Source of the DNA: a virus
Strand: one strand, 5' to 3'
Virus record (IMG/VR): IMGVR_UViG_3300022939_001737
Span: 1-64,000 of that record
DNA length: 64,000 nt
Every line of letters begins with the position of its first letter. The first letter of the stretch is position 1. The notes under the pieces were generated by a model, which worked only from the letters and a program-made list of their open reading frames with translations, made no database searches and was not told where the DNA came from. Made by a program: the position numbers and the translations under genes. Of this stretch, positions 27,617 through 37,430 are shown piece by piece.

Positions 27617-29926
27617 TTATCTTAAACCCGCTAATTCTTTCATTCTATCAAACCCTTCTGTATCCAACTGCTGTGGTTGTGTTTGCATCTGATACTCATC
27701 GAAGAGTGCTTGTACCTGTTCAATGAAAGCCTTTGCGGGTTCTATGAACTCTTCGCCGTAGTCTTTCTCGACCATAGTTAATACTGCGGTCTCGCCTTTT
27801 GGAAACAGGCCTGTTTCTCTATCATAGTATGATAGTATAAATTCGCCTAATGGTGTCTTTTGGTCCTTTTCAAGTGTAATCTCATCACCGTCTGGGCCTT
27901 GGATCTTATCACCTTTTTTCTTGCCGTCTTTTTTAGCTTGTGCTACAGCACCTGAGTATGCATTGCCTTCTCCCATTTGCTTTACTTGAGCATATGCTGG
28001 TTGAATCATTGTTACATCTGCTTTTTTATCAGTTGACATTGCTTTAAATAATTCATTTACTGCACTATATTTTTCTGGTTCAATGCCTGCATTATCCATA
28101 TCTTGTATTAAACCGCCTAATATTTCTATTTGCTCGTCTTTAACTTCGCCTTTATATTTTTTAGAAGTTTTTGCTATATCCACAAGTGCCTCTAATGCAT
28201 TTTTCTTAACTGTGTCTTGATCAATACCTTCCATCTCAATATCATCTTTGATCTTAACGCAATTATCTACACGCTTGCCACCTTTCATTTTGGTGCCCAT
28301 ACGCTTGTAGCCTTTCCAGCATACTTTGCCGTCTACGCCCTTTTGTTTTTCTTCATCAAGTGTGCGCCAGCTTGGGTTGCCACATTCTTCACATACACTG
28401 TCAGCAAATTGACCCATAGTGTCTTCAAAAGCCTGTTCTAGTTCAAACTCTTCTTTTGTTTTAGGTTCGTCGCCTTTGCCCATTAACCAATTTATTACTT
28501 TCTTGCCACCATAAAGAAGAGCAACAACTGCTAGTGCAGGTAGTGCGTATTTAGATGCAAAATTAGCAACTTTTAGGAAACCGCTGCTGCCTATCGCTGC
28601 TGTAACCTGATCCTGTATAGCTTCTATTCCTGCACCTGCTTGTGCTATTAATGCGTCAGCATCGCCTTTGAGATCAGCAGCCATATCACCAACAGCGTCA
28701 ATTGCATCGCCTGCTTTTTTACCAGCGTATGCTGCGCCGCCTGCTACTGACGTTGCAATAGGATGTTTTACAGCCATTGTGCCTACACCTTTTGCTGCTG
28801 CACCTGCGCCTTTTGCTGCTGCACTGCCTCCTCTTGCAATAATGTTTGCACCTATACGTGTAAGTTGAGGGACCGCTGCTCTAGCCGCTGTCATTATACC
28901 TGCTGCTATAAGCGGGGCTATTTCGTCTAACTGCTCATCTGATTCACCTAGTAAATCGTCTGGGCCTAATTCTTTAGCCTTCGTGCCTTCTTTTACTAGA
29001 TTGTAAATGTATGGGAAAACATCTGCTAGTTCTTCATTAAACTGTTTGATAGTTAGTTCGTCAATCCAATTTTCAGCAACGTCACTTGGTACATCTTCTA
29101 GAACTGGGGATTCAAAAGATTCAAATGCTTCTTTGTATGCTGCTGGTTTTTGTAAACTCTCAATTGTTTTCTTGACTGTAGAGATACGCTCTTTGACAAC
29201 ATCCATATATCCTGCTAGGCTTTCTGCCATTACAGCACTACGACCCATATATGTTTTAAACTTACGTAATTTTGCTAGTTCTTCTGAAAGTCCAACAATA
29301 TGCTTGCCAAAGTCATCATAAGCATTTCCACCTTCAGCAACGTGACGAGCCATTGCTCTTGCACCGCTTAGGTGTTTGTATGGATATTTAAATCTTTCGC
29401 CTTCAGGTGATTCGATGTAGATTTTACCAATCTTTTGTATCCTTCCTGTTGCACTTTCTTGATTAATATTTTCTGTATGCTTAATCATTATACGTGCTTC
29501 GCCTACCTTTTGGTAGCTAACACGACTTGTACCATAAAGTTTTGATTCTGTCATTGTATCGTCCCCAGATCGATTTGCTAAAAATTTGTAGTCTCTTTTT
29601 GTTAGGTTTGTTTTATTAATATCTCTTACACTAAAATCTAACATACGTTTTTTACTGAACACTCTAAGTTCTTTTAAAAAGTCGTACCAATCCTTTTTTG
29701 TTAGTTCGTCTTCGTTACTAATAAAATCTTTGGAATATATTACAGAGAATCCATCTTCATCTAAACTAATACTTACTTTGCCTAAACCTTTGTAATCAAA
29801 ATCAAAAAACTTTGCTGCTTTTGGCATATTAGTCACATTACCGTCAGCATCTCCGATTACTACATCAGGAAATCTGCTGCGTATTTTTTTGAATAGATCT
29901 TCGCTTATTTTCTCTTGTTCCATCAT
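27617..29926 (-). CDS. large hypothetical late protein (candidate internal head protein)
   Basis: 769 aa, TAAATA 4 nt upstream. Has an Ala/Gly hydrophobic segment and a CWKGYKR..NCV motif. Confidence 0.6.
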   Translation of the reverse strand: MMEQEKISEDLFKKIRSRFPDVVIGDADGNVTNMPKAAKFFDFDYKGLGKVSISLDEDGFSVIYSKDFISNEDELTKKDWYDFLKELRVFSKKRMLDFSVRDINKTNLTKRDYKFLANRSGDDTMTESKLYGTSRVSYQKVGEARIMIKHTENINQESATGRIQKIGKIYIESPEGERFKYPYKHLSGARAMARHVAEGGNAYDDFGKHIVGLSEELAKLRKFKTYMGRSAVMAESLAGYMDVVKERISTVKKTIESLQKPAAYKEAFESFESPVLEDVPSDVAENWIDELTIKQFNEELADVFPYIYNLVKEGTKAKELGPDDLLGESDEQLDEIAPLIAAGIMTAARAAVPQLTRIGANIIARGGSAAAKGAGAAAKGVGTMAVKHPIATSVAGGAAYAGKKAGDAIDAVGDMAADLKGDADALIAQAGAGIEAIQDQVTAAIGSSGFLKVANFASKYALPALAVVALLYGGKKVINWLMGKGDEPKTKEEFELEQAFEDTMGQFADSVCEECGNPSWRTLDEEKQKGVDGKVCWKGYKRMGTKMKGGKRVDNCVKIKDDIEMEGIDQDTVKKNALEALVDIAKTSKKYKGEVKDEQIEILGGLIQDMDNAGIEPEKYSAVNELFKAMSTDKKADVTMIQPAYAQVKQMGEGNAYSGAVAQAKKDGKKKGDKIQGPDGDEITLEKDQKTPLGEFILSYYDRETGLFPKGETAVLTMVEKDYGEEFIEPAKAFIEQVQALFDEYQMQTQPQQLDTEGFDRMKELAGLR

Positions 29927-29937
29927 ACTGTATTTAT

Positions 29938-31518
29938 CTAATAGTTGCTACTTACGAAGATTGGCATAGGTGGATCGTAATCATCAATATCTTCTGCTTG
30001 ACTGAAAGTATTGTACACTCTTGGATCCCAATCTTTTAAAACACCCATCATCCTTATTGCAAGTAATGCCGAACTAATCAAATCATCAGTCATTCCTGAT
30101 TTTGCTTGGTAACTAGAACCTGTTGCAACATAACCTTTTAATTCAGATATAAACGGTTTTGAATGTATAATCATTTTATCATTTTCTATCATTGTTTTGA
30201 GTCTGGAACAAGCTGTAACTTTGGTGCTGTGTGTTGTGTTGAATCCTTTGCGGAACTTTCTAACGTGTCCTTTTCTAATGGGTTCACTAACAAACAAACC
30301 AGGGATGTTTTCCTCCCCAAAGTCATTGATAACGATAAGTGCGGCTTCTCCCAACCCATTGTTTTCTACGCTCCAATATATTCCTTGTGGATTCTGTGTT
30401 TCTTGTTCTATGTATTTACATACATCAGCAAGCACTCTGATTTGTCCGGGTATAGCAGTTTGATTATGTTGCCATTCTGCTACTTGTTCGTATGTAGGCA
30501 ATTCGAATACCTGTATTGCCGCATAATCTCCTCCTGTGCCCATCGACGGATCTAATGCAATACAGTATGTATATTGGCTAGTTGGTTTTTTGTACCAACG
30601 TGTCTGCCCCATATTAAGTACAGGACTACCGCCTTCCATCGCGGCTAGTTTTATACTGTTGATAAGTGTTTCATCAAATACTAAAAACTCGCAACCATAC
30701 TCACGTCGAAATTTTTCTTCTCCTATGCGCCCAATTTCAGCAGATTTCCATTCCTCGTCACGGTCAGGATGTTCGTACCAAAATGATCTAAATGCGTGAA
30801 ACCCATTTATTCCTACTTCTGCTTCGTTACCGTGGTCATCAAATTTTTGCTCTGCCTGTTTCCAAATAGTAGCAAATGTATCTTCATCACTATTAGGTGT
30901 GCTTGTAATAATAGCACGACCACCGGTTGCTAGTGTAGGTGATATTGAAGTCCAAAACTCTTCCGCAATGTTAGGTTGCACAAACGCAAACTCGTCACAA
31001 TATAGTAGTGAGATAGACAAACCACGTCCTGTGTTGCCTGTTGTTGTTTGTGAAATAATTCTTGAACCATTTTCAAATTCAATTGAACCTTTGTTATAAC
31101 TTGTAACACCTGCTCTAATATGATCTGGACAAGTTTCGTATACATAACGAATACGTGCCATAATTTCTTGCGCACCTGTGTATTTGTGTGCAGCAATTAG
31201 AATAGTTTGGTCAGGATGGAACATTGCATACCAACACAAATATATACTAGCACAGGTAGTTTTACCTGTTTGTCTAGGCATCATATTAATATTAAATCTA
31301 TAACTATGATAACTGTGCAACAAACGAAGTTGATATTCATAAGGATCAAACATAAGTTTGCCTTGCACAGGGTGTTGTATGTAAGCAAAATGCCTTGCAA
31401 AATGCAAGTACCCTTCATCAGGATCCATACACAACATAAGATCCTGTATCTGTTGTTCAGTAAATGTTTCTTGTTTATTGGCTTTTTTAGTTAATACGCC
31501 GTCTAATGATTTACTCAT
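29938..31518 (-). CDS. terminase large subunit (T4 gp17-like)
   Basis: PRQTGKT, LLYCDEFAF, ITSTPN, FRREYGCEF, DPSMG.GGD, ENN, DDL. Confidence 0.95.
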   Translation of the reverse strand: MSKSLDGVLTKKANKQETFTEQQIQDLMLCMDPDEGYLHFARHFAYIQHPVQGKLMFDPYEYQLRLLHSYHSYRFNINMMPRQTGKTTCASIYLCWYAMFHPDQTILIAAHKYTGAQEIMARIRYVYETCPDHIRAGVTSYNKGSIEFENGSRIISQTTTGNTGRGLSISLLYCDEFAFVQPNIAEEFWTSISPTLATGGRAIITSTPNSDEDTFATIWKQAEQKFDDHGNEAEVGINGFHAFRSFWYEHPDRDEEWKSAEIGRIGEEKFRREYGCEFLVFDETLINSIKLAAMEGGSPVLNMGQTRWYKKPTSQYTYCIALDPSMGTGGDYAAIQVFELPTYEQVAEWQHNQTAIPGQIRVLADVCKYIEQETQNPQGIYWSVENNGLGEAALIVINDFGEENIPGLFVSEPIRKGHVRKFRKGFNTTHSTKVTACSRLKTMIENDKMIIHSKPFISELKGYVATGSSYQAKSGMTDDLISSALLAIRMMGVLKDWDPRVYNTFSQAEDIDDYDPPMPIFVSSNY

Positions 31519-31532
31519 ATGTATATTTAACC

Positions 31533-31559
31533 AAAAAAATAGCGTCCGAAGACGCTATT
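31533..31559 (-). terminator. intrinsic terminator with cUUCGg tetraloop
   Basis: On -: AATAGCGTC-TTCG-GACGCTATT-TTTTT. Confidence 0.85.
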
Positions 31560-31579
31560 GATTTTGCTGGGGGAATGTT

Positions 31580-32635
31580 TTATTTTTTCTTAGCTTCTTT
31601 GTCTTTTATAGCTTTTTTCATTGGTTCTTTTTTATCGCCATCTTTGTCCATATCTAAAAAGTCAGGCTTTGCTTTCTTTTCAGCAAGTGCTTGCATTAAA
31701 GCTGCTTTAATTGACTCTACAGCCATTGCATTGTCGCCATCTTGTGCTTTAGCATATGCTTTCTTCTCACGGTTAATACCGCCGCTTAGATCTTTTGTCA
31801 TATGCTTGTGATCTTGATATTCTGGGTTTGGTTCATTTTCATAACCTTCGCCCATATTGTCCATATAATCTTCAATGTATTCTTGAGCTCGTGCCATTAC
31901 CATATCAAACTTATCACTGCCGCCATCTTGATCAGCCATAGCATCTGCCATTTCTCCAGCAGCATCTTCTGTATTACCTTGCTTTATTAACATACTTACT
32001 TTAGCAACATCAGGTTCGCCGTAGTACATCATATCTGTATCCATTTCATCTACAAACTTGGCAATCATCGACGCAACTTTAGGATCAGCATCTTCTTCAA
32101 TGTTGTCGGTCATTTTATCGCCAATAGCTGCGCCTGCTGCACCCGGTAATGCGCTACCTACAGCCGAACCTACTTTAGAACCTATTGCACTGCCTGCCAT
32201 TTTACCTGCCAAACCTTTGCCCATTGCGCCAGCAATTCCTGAACCTGCTTTAGCACCTAGTGCAGCACCTTTTGCTGCTAGTGCGCCTGTAGCACCTGTT
32301 GCTGCTCCTGCTGCGGAACCTAATGCGCCGCCTGCTAATGCACCCAGTACTCCTGCTTGTAGATCTTGATCGCCGTCTACGTCATCTTTTCCTGGAATTT
32401 TTGGATCGTCGTCCATTGCTGCACGGAACTTTTCAATGTCAGTACGCATTGGCATTGGCATATCTGCTGGTACTGGCTTTGGACCCATACCTGCGTGTCC
32501 TTGCATAGCGGCTATCATATCTGCAATCTCTGCGCCTGTTTCTGCACTAATTGAAATTGTTGCAGCTTCATTTAACTGCTCTTTTTTTGAATTTTCTATA
32601 TCAGTCATTTGCTGAATTAAGTTTTTCATATCCAT
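31580..32635 (-). CDS. hypothetical late protein with glycine-zipper segment (candidate internal head protein)
   Basis: Long GA-rich stretch and C-terminal KPDFLDMDKDGDKKEPMK. Probable start MDMK near 32635 after GGAGG (ORF track starts 32677). Confidence 0.6.
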   Translation of the reverse strand: MDMKNLIQQMTDIENSKKEQLNEAATISISAETGAEIADMIAAMQGHAGMGPKPVPADMPMPMRTDIEKFRAAMDDDPKIPGKDDVDGDQDLQAGVLGALAGGALGSAAGAATGATGALAAKGAALGAKAGSGIAGAMGKGLAGKMAGSAIGSKVGSAVGSALPGAAGAAIGDKMTDNIEEDADPKVASMIAKFVDEMDTDMMYYGEPDVAKVSMLIKQGNTEDAAGEMADAMADQDGGSDKFDMVMARAQEYIEDYMDNMGEGYENEPNPEYQDHKHMTKDLSGGINREKKAYAKAQDGDNAMAVESIKAALMQALAEKKAKPDFLDMDKDGDKKEPMKKAIKDKEAKKK

Positions 32636-32639
32636 TGTG

Positions 32640-33197
32640 TTAACCTCCAACGACCGCTTTGCTGTTTTCTGTATCACCTATATCGCTTGATTCTCCTACA
32701 GGTGCACCTTCTGCTGCATCGTGGTCGCGTTCTTTGCGAGCAGTTTCTAATTCTTTTAATAAATCCATAACACGATTGCCGCCTACCGATTCTTGAGCAC
32801 TTTCTCCGCCCATATCTTCTTTATCTAACAAAGTTTCGTACGGAGCATCGTCTTTGGTTTCTTGGTATTCTTCTCTAGGATCGTTCATATTGCGCACAAT
32901 AATATAACTTTGATCTACTCCACAGCATTTTCCTAAATACTCTTGTAAAACTATCGGTGTAGTTGGATATTCTACAGTTGCTTCAAAATATGTCACTTCC
33001 ATATTTTGTAATTGCGGAAAATCTAATGGACGTTCTTGTATAGGCGTTTTTTTACCTGACGACATATTAGACAAGTTGTATTTTTTCAAAGCAGTTTCTA
33101 GCTTGTCAACACATTCAGGTGGACAGTCGCCAGCAATGCCTATTTTGAATTCGTAAGTCTTTTTAGACTCTGTAAGTATTTCTGTAAATGATCTCAT
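32640..33197 (-). CDS. hypothetical late protein
   Basis: 185-aa ORF with TAAATA at 33224-33229. Confidence 0.7.
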   Translation of the reverse strand: MRSFTEILTESKKTYEFKIGIAGDCPPECVDKLETALKKYNLSNMSSGKKTPIQERPLDFPQLQNMEVTYFEATVEYPTTPIVLQEYLGKCCGVDQSYIIVRNMNDPREEYQETKDDAPYETLLDKEDMGGESAQESVGGNRVMDLLKELETARKERDHDAAEGAPVGESSDIGDTENSKAVVGG

Positions 33198-33215
33198 TGC
33201 GCAATGATCCTTTGT

Positions 33216-34058
33216 TTATATATTATTTATCATTATTTGACTAGATTGTTCTTCTCTTCGAAGCCATTCCATTATTCTATTCATTAGGTCAAAATAGTCG
33301 TTATTTTCTTGTGCATTTTTAAATTTAAACACTTCATAAATGTTTTCTAAAAGAAATATGTTATACCATCCAGATGTCATTCTTGTTAAAAAATCTTGTG
33401 CTGCATATACAAAAGCAGTTCTAGAATCATTTTCTCGATAGTGCCTTTCGCAAGCTAGAACAGATATTTCTTCTATAAAAGTATTAATTTGTTCTTGTTT
33501 AGATAAGAGATCGAATTTATCTTTACTTACTTTAACAGTGACATCGTTATCTAATATTTTCGAAAAGGCTGGCTTGTCACTTAGTTTTAACAAATCGTGT
33601 AGTTCGTCGTGGTTTACAAATCTTTGCACATTACTGTTGAAGAAAATTTCCGGAGGTTGATTCATATCCATTTTTTCTCTAAAACCTGCATATCGTATTT
33701 TCCAGTATTTGCGCAGATGTTCAATCTTTACAACATCGTGTTTTGCACCTTTTTGTTGCAAAAAAATGATATCATTAATTGCCTTATCTAGATTATAATT
33801 ATACATTGCGTGTGACATACGTACACTCAACATTCCATCTGGTGATAATATATAATCCTGTATGTCATCTTCAAACGCTTTATAAAAATGCGCTTCTTCT
33901 TCCCATACTATTTCTTCAATCAAATTATTTTTGTTTATTTTGTTTATAATATTTTTATTGTATAAATTATTATCATACACAACAATATCAATATCAACTG
34001 GTTCCCGAAAATAATCTGGAAACCAATGCTTCATAGCAAAGGATCCGTATATAAACAT
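33216..34058 (-). CDS. putative nucleotidyltransferase-fold protein
   Basis: N-terminal YGS.A...EPVDID (hG[GS]..DxD), plus HDELH. AT-rich. Confidence 0.6.
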   Translation of the reverse strand: MFIYGSFAMKHWFPDYFREPVDIDIVVYDNNLYNKNIINKINKNNLIEEIVWEEEAHFYKAFEDDIQDYILSPDGMLSVRMSHAMYNYNLDKAINDIIFLQQKGAKHDVVKIEHLRKYWKIRYAGFREKMDMNQPPEIFFNSNVQRFVNHDELHDLLKLSDKPAFSKILDNDVTVKVSKDKFDLLSKQEQINTFIEEISVLACERHYRENDSRTAFVYAAQDFLTRMTSGWYNIFLLENIYEVFKFKNAQENNDYFDLMNRIMEWLRREEQSSQIMINNI

Positions 34059-34570
34059 TATTTTCCTTTATCTAAACCTTTTAATTTTTCTAAAAGACTG
34101 TTTCTATCTGTTACAACGTAACCTTCGCCATTTACAATATCGCCAGCGACTGCATTACCATCTTTGTCCTGCTTTTCTTTTTTAAGTTGTAATTCAACCA
34201 TCTTAAGTTTTTTATCTAGTTTTGCAACTTTGGCGTCTAGTGATGTTTTTAACATTCCGCCTGCAACTTCAAATACTCTGCCGCTGTAACGACTTTCAAC
34301 ATTCATACCTAAGTCCATTAGATCTTCGTATGCACTCATTGCTTTATCAGCAACTTCGTTAAGTTCTTTGTCAGCCATTTCGCCTAGGCCTTTGACTTGT
34401 GGTAACGCTGCTGTTATTTTATCAAACTCGGCTATTTCACGAAAAGTTTCTTCTCTTTCTATTTCGTGTTTTGTTTGCTCTGCTTCTTGAGCTTCTGCTT
34501 GTTCTATTATTTCTTTAGAATCGGGCAAGTTTAATAAATCTTCTAACTTTTTTGTCATTGTAGCTTCCAT
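34058..34570 (-). CDS. putative terminase small subunit (gp16-like)
   Basis: Helical protein. GRVFEVAGGMLK resembles the gp16 R.xEV motif; sits near terL. Confidence 0.55.
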   Translation of the reverse strand: MEATMTKKLEDLLNLPDSKEIIEQAEAQEAEQTKHEIEREETFREIAEFDKITAALPQVKGLGEMADKELNEVADKAMSAYEDLMDLGMNVESRYSGRVFEVAGGMLKTSLDAKVAKLDKKLKMVELQLKKEKQDKDGNAVAGDIVNGEGYVVTDRNSLLEKLKGLDKGK

Positions 34571-34586
34571 TATATGCTAGTATTAT

Positions 34587-35024
34587 TTATCGTCTTTTAC
34601 CATTATGGAATATGTCTTGTTCGGTCACTATACGAAAATATATACCTTTTTGTTTGCACCAGGCTCTAGCAGCTTCCCATTTTGCTTGATTGACGACATA
34701 ATGTGCTTGATTAGCTCTTGAACGACCTAGCTTTTCCTTTAGTGCTTGATTGCTAGGCTTTACTTCAATTAATTCTACACGTTTTTTGCCGCCTTTGTCT
34801 GCATAAACAATAAAAAAGTCAGGAACATATATCGTGTGTTTGCCACTCAAAGGATTTCTATAAGGAATACGAACTGCTTCACTAGCCCATTGTGATACAT
34901 TAGGATGTTCATCACAAAATTTCATAAAAGTAAATTCCCAACCTGACCTATATGTTGGCGTTTTATTTCCTACATATTTTTCAGGGTTTTTGAGATTGAA
35001 TTTACCTTGTGCAAAATGTGCCAT
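34587..35024 (-). CDS. head completion nuclease (T4 gp4/TnsA-like)
   Basis: NPEKY.G, YRSGWE, WASE..IPY, YVPDF, IEVKP, NQAKWEAA. Confidence 0.9.
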   Translation of the reverse strand: MAHFAQGKFNLKNPEKYVGNKTPTYRSGWEFTFMKFCDEHPNVSQWASEAVRIPYRNPLSGKHTIYVPDFFIVYADKGGKKRVELIEVKPSNQALKEKLGRSRANQAHYVVNQAKWEAARAWCKQKGIYFRIVTEQDIFHNGKRR

Positions 35025-35398
35025 TATACAATAATTTGACGTTGTTCAAATAACTGTGTTTTTTCAGGAACTCTATAACCTAGTGTGCTTACCTTACTGC
35101 GGTTGATGTTGAGTATTTGTGCAACAATATTGCTAAGTTGAACGTCATTAACTCCCTTTAATGTGTCTATTAATTTAAAAACAGTTATTTGGTCAATATC
35201 TGCTTGCTGTAAAAGAACACTAGCTGTATTTACAGCAGCAATTTTATCGAATCCTCGCTTGAGAAAATAACCAATTACGGCGTCAACTTCTGATGCATTG
35301 TAATTTATTTCTCTATTGTAGTAATTATCAAAAAACTTTTTTGTTAATTCTTGTGTAACCTTTTTTGGATTATCTGAGAAACTATTTGAATCTGCCAT
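35024..35398 (-). CDS. hypothetical protein
   Basis: 124-aa ORF coupled within the late cluster. Confidence 0.7.
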   Translation of the reverse strand: MADSNSFSDNPKKVTQELTKKFFDNYYNREINYNASEVDAVIGYFLKRGFDKIAAVNTASVLLQQADIDQITVFKLIDTLKGVNDVQLSNIVAQILNINRSKVSTLGYRVPEKTQLFEQRQIIV

Positions 35399-36618
35399 TA
35401 TACATTAAATCCTTTTGTTGCGTTCACTGCATTTTTTGCAAAGTTTGCTAATTTAACATCATTTGGTATACGATTAATTAAACCATCAGTAATATCTTGT
35501 TGACCAGATGTAGACAAATTTGAATATTGGATAATATCAATTCCTGGCACAGCCCCTGTGTTGATTGCCTGTGCTACAAAGCCTGATCTTGCTACTGGAT
35601 CTGTAGTCAAATTTTCTATTACCGACTGTGTATTGATTACAGTTGATCCTGTGCTTAATTGGCTGGTATCTACCGTTTGAGATTGTAGTGGTACAATTAT
35701 TTGCTCTAGTACACCTGTTTGTGGCGCTTCATTTATATTACTTTGTGGTATTGTTGATGCAGTATTAGCTGCTCTAGCTATCAAACCGTAAGGTGTATTA
35801 GTATTTGTATTCAAAAGGTTAGGAGATAAATTATATCTTTCAAATATACTTTCATCTCTATATCCTATAGGGCTAGGTACATTATCATAACGTGTTTCGT
35901 CTGAAGTAAAGTGTGTAGGTTCACCACTATCGCCTATTCTCCCTTTGTCGTAAAGAACCGATTCATATGCAACTGTCATAGTATTCTCTACTACTCCAGA
36001 TCCGTCTCCATACTCTAAATCACCGTGTTGCCAAGCAGACAATAACGGATTAACTAGAGTATAACTAAACCATTCTTGTCTACTAAGTTGATATATCTTT
36101 ATAAAATCAAAAAATGGAATTTCTTTTGACGGATCGGATTTTTTTACGTTCAAACCATATGAAGGAACCTTTTCTGCATACTTGTCTCTTGGATTAAATG
36201 CGCCGCCTGCATTTATATTTTGGCTCCCGTCTACAAAATACCATTTGTAGTATTCTTCTAACATTGCTCGTGTGGCGCCTAAATTATCATCGTGTAAAGT
36301 AATTCTTACATCTTGATAATCTATCCTAGTTTGTACATTCTTTTTTCTATTATATTGTTGTTTATTTTCTATGCTTGCTCTAAAGCTAGGAAGGTCTACT
36401 TGTTTTGCAAGTACTCCGATCTCCTTTATAAACTTCATAGTATTGAATTGTGTAAAATCAAACAAAGCACTGCTAGGTTGAAAAACCACGTGATAAAGAA
36501 ACTTTTGTTTAGGAGCAAAAGCGTGGCCGTATTCTGTAAACAATTGGTGAGCGTGTCTTGCATCACGTAAATGCACATCAAGGTTTACATTTATTAGATA
36601 TGGATCTATTGTACTCAT
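35398..36618 (-). CDS. tail-tube-like baseplate/tube initiator (gp48/gp54-like)
   Basis: Tube-fold motifs (KQVDLPSF, YQDVRITLHDD, MTVAYE) next to the tube gene. Confidence 0.6.
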   Translation of the reverse strand: MSTIDPYLINVNLDVHLRDARHAHQLFTEYGHAFAPKQKFLYHVVFQPSSALFDFTQFNTMKFIKEIGVLAKQVDLPSFRASIENKQQYNRKKNVQTRIDYQDVRITLHDDNLGATRAMLEEYYKWYFVDGSQNINAGGAFNPRDKYAEKVPSYGLNVKKSDPSKEIPFFDFIKIYQLSRQEWFSYTLVNPLLSAWQHGDLEYGDGSGVVENTMTVAYESVLYDKGRIGDSGEPTHFTSDETRYDNVPSPIGYRDESIFERYNLSPNLLNTNTNTPYGLIARAANTASTIPQSNINEAPQTGVLEQIIVPLQSQTVDTSQLSTGSTVINTQSVIENLTTDPVARSGFVAQAINTGAVPGIDIIQYSNLSTSGQQDITDGLINRIPNDVKLANFAKNAVNATKGFNV

Positions 36619-36653
36619 ACTAATATTTATCCTATGAAAATATGTGCGTATAT

Positions 36654-36688
36654 AAAAAAAGCGAGGACTGAATAAACAATCCCCGCCT
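36654..36688 (-). terminator. probable terminator after the tail tube gene
   Basis: GCGGGGA/TCCTCGC stem followed by T7 on -. Confidence 0.6.
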
Positions 36689-36714
36689 TATTAAACGCCA
36701 ATCTATAGTATGTA

Positions 36715-37359
36715 TTAGCCAGTAACTGTTGTACCACCAGTGCCGCCAGCTAAAATTCTAGCTGTAGGCTCGCCGATGCCATTAAAGTCTTCATCTGCGC
36801 CGAACTGGATAGCATTGTCATAACGAATACTTAATGTAGTAGTAACTGGATCGTTAGTTGCATATGCTAGTGTGTTATAGTTTGCAGATTCAATGTAGCA
36901 ACCTACAAGATGGAATCTGTCAATAACATTTGCACCAGTTGCACCATTACCGCCGTCTAGTATTTCTATTCTTGTTTGGAATTTGTATGTACCTGAACTT
37001 ACTGCACTTGACTGTTCAAAGAAATCAAACTGTCTCTGAAGCTGCTGACCAACAATTTTTTGTACATTGTTGTTGGCATCTTCGCGCATTGTAAGTGTTA
37101 CAGGATCCCAAGTGTGCTTACCGGCAAGATATGTTCTTGAATTGTAAGCATCAATTGTAATTTGATCAAATGTTAAGTTTGGACGAGTTACGTCAACTAC
37201 TTGTCTTGAAATTTCTCTAGTACCATCAGCGCCGCCGGTTGTTCCAAAATTATCAAGGAAAACACGGAAACGATATTGTAGCTTAGGCATTAGTAGTGAA
37301 CTATTAGAACCTGCGCCTTCTGTTGGTATCGAAATATTTGTTAAAGTTGTGATTGGCAT
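36715..37359 (-). CDS. tail tube protein (gp19-like)
   Basis: PKLQYRFRV, AGKHTWDPVTLT.RED, LSIRYDNA. Directly follows the sheath gene. Confidence 0.85.
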   Translation of the reverse strand: MPITTLTNISIPTEGAGSNSSLLMPKLQYRFRVFLDNFGTTGGADGTREISRQVVDVTRPNLTFDQITIDAYNSRTYLAGKHTWDPVTLTMREDANNNVQKIVGQQLQRQFDFFEQSSAVSSGTYKFQTRIEILDGGNGATGANVIDRFHLVGCYIESANYNTLAYATNDPVTTTLSIRYDNAIQFGADEDFNGIGEPTARILAGGTGGTTVTG

Positions 37360-37393
37360 TCTTTATCTCCTATACATAGTATTTATACACATT

Positions 37394-37417
37394 TGAGTAG
37401 GGGCAATCCCCTACTCA
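37394..37417. other. stable hairpin between sheath and tube genes
   Basis: TGAGTAGGGG-caat-CCCCTACTCA, a perfect 10-bp stem, upstream of a TATAAATA box. Confidence 0.65.
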
Positions 37418-37430
37418 TTATATGCGTATA

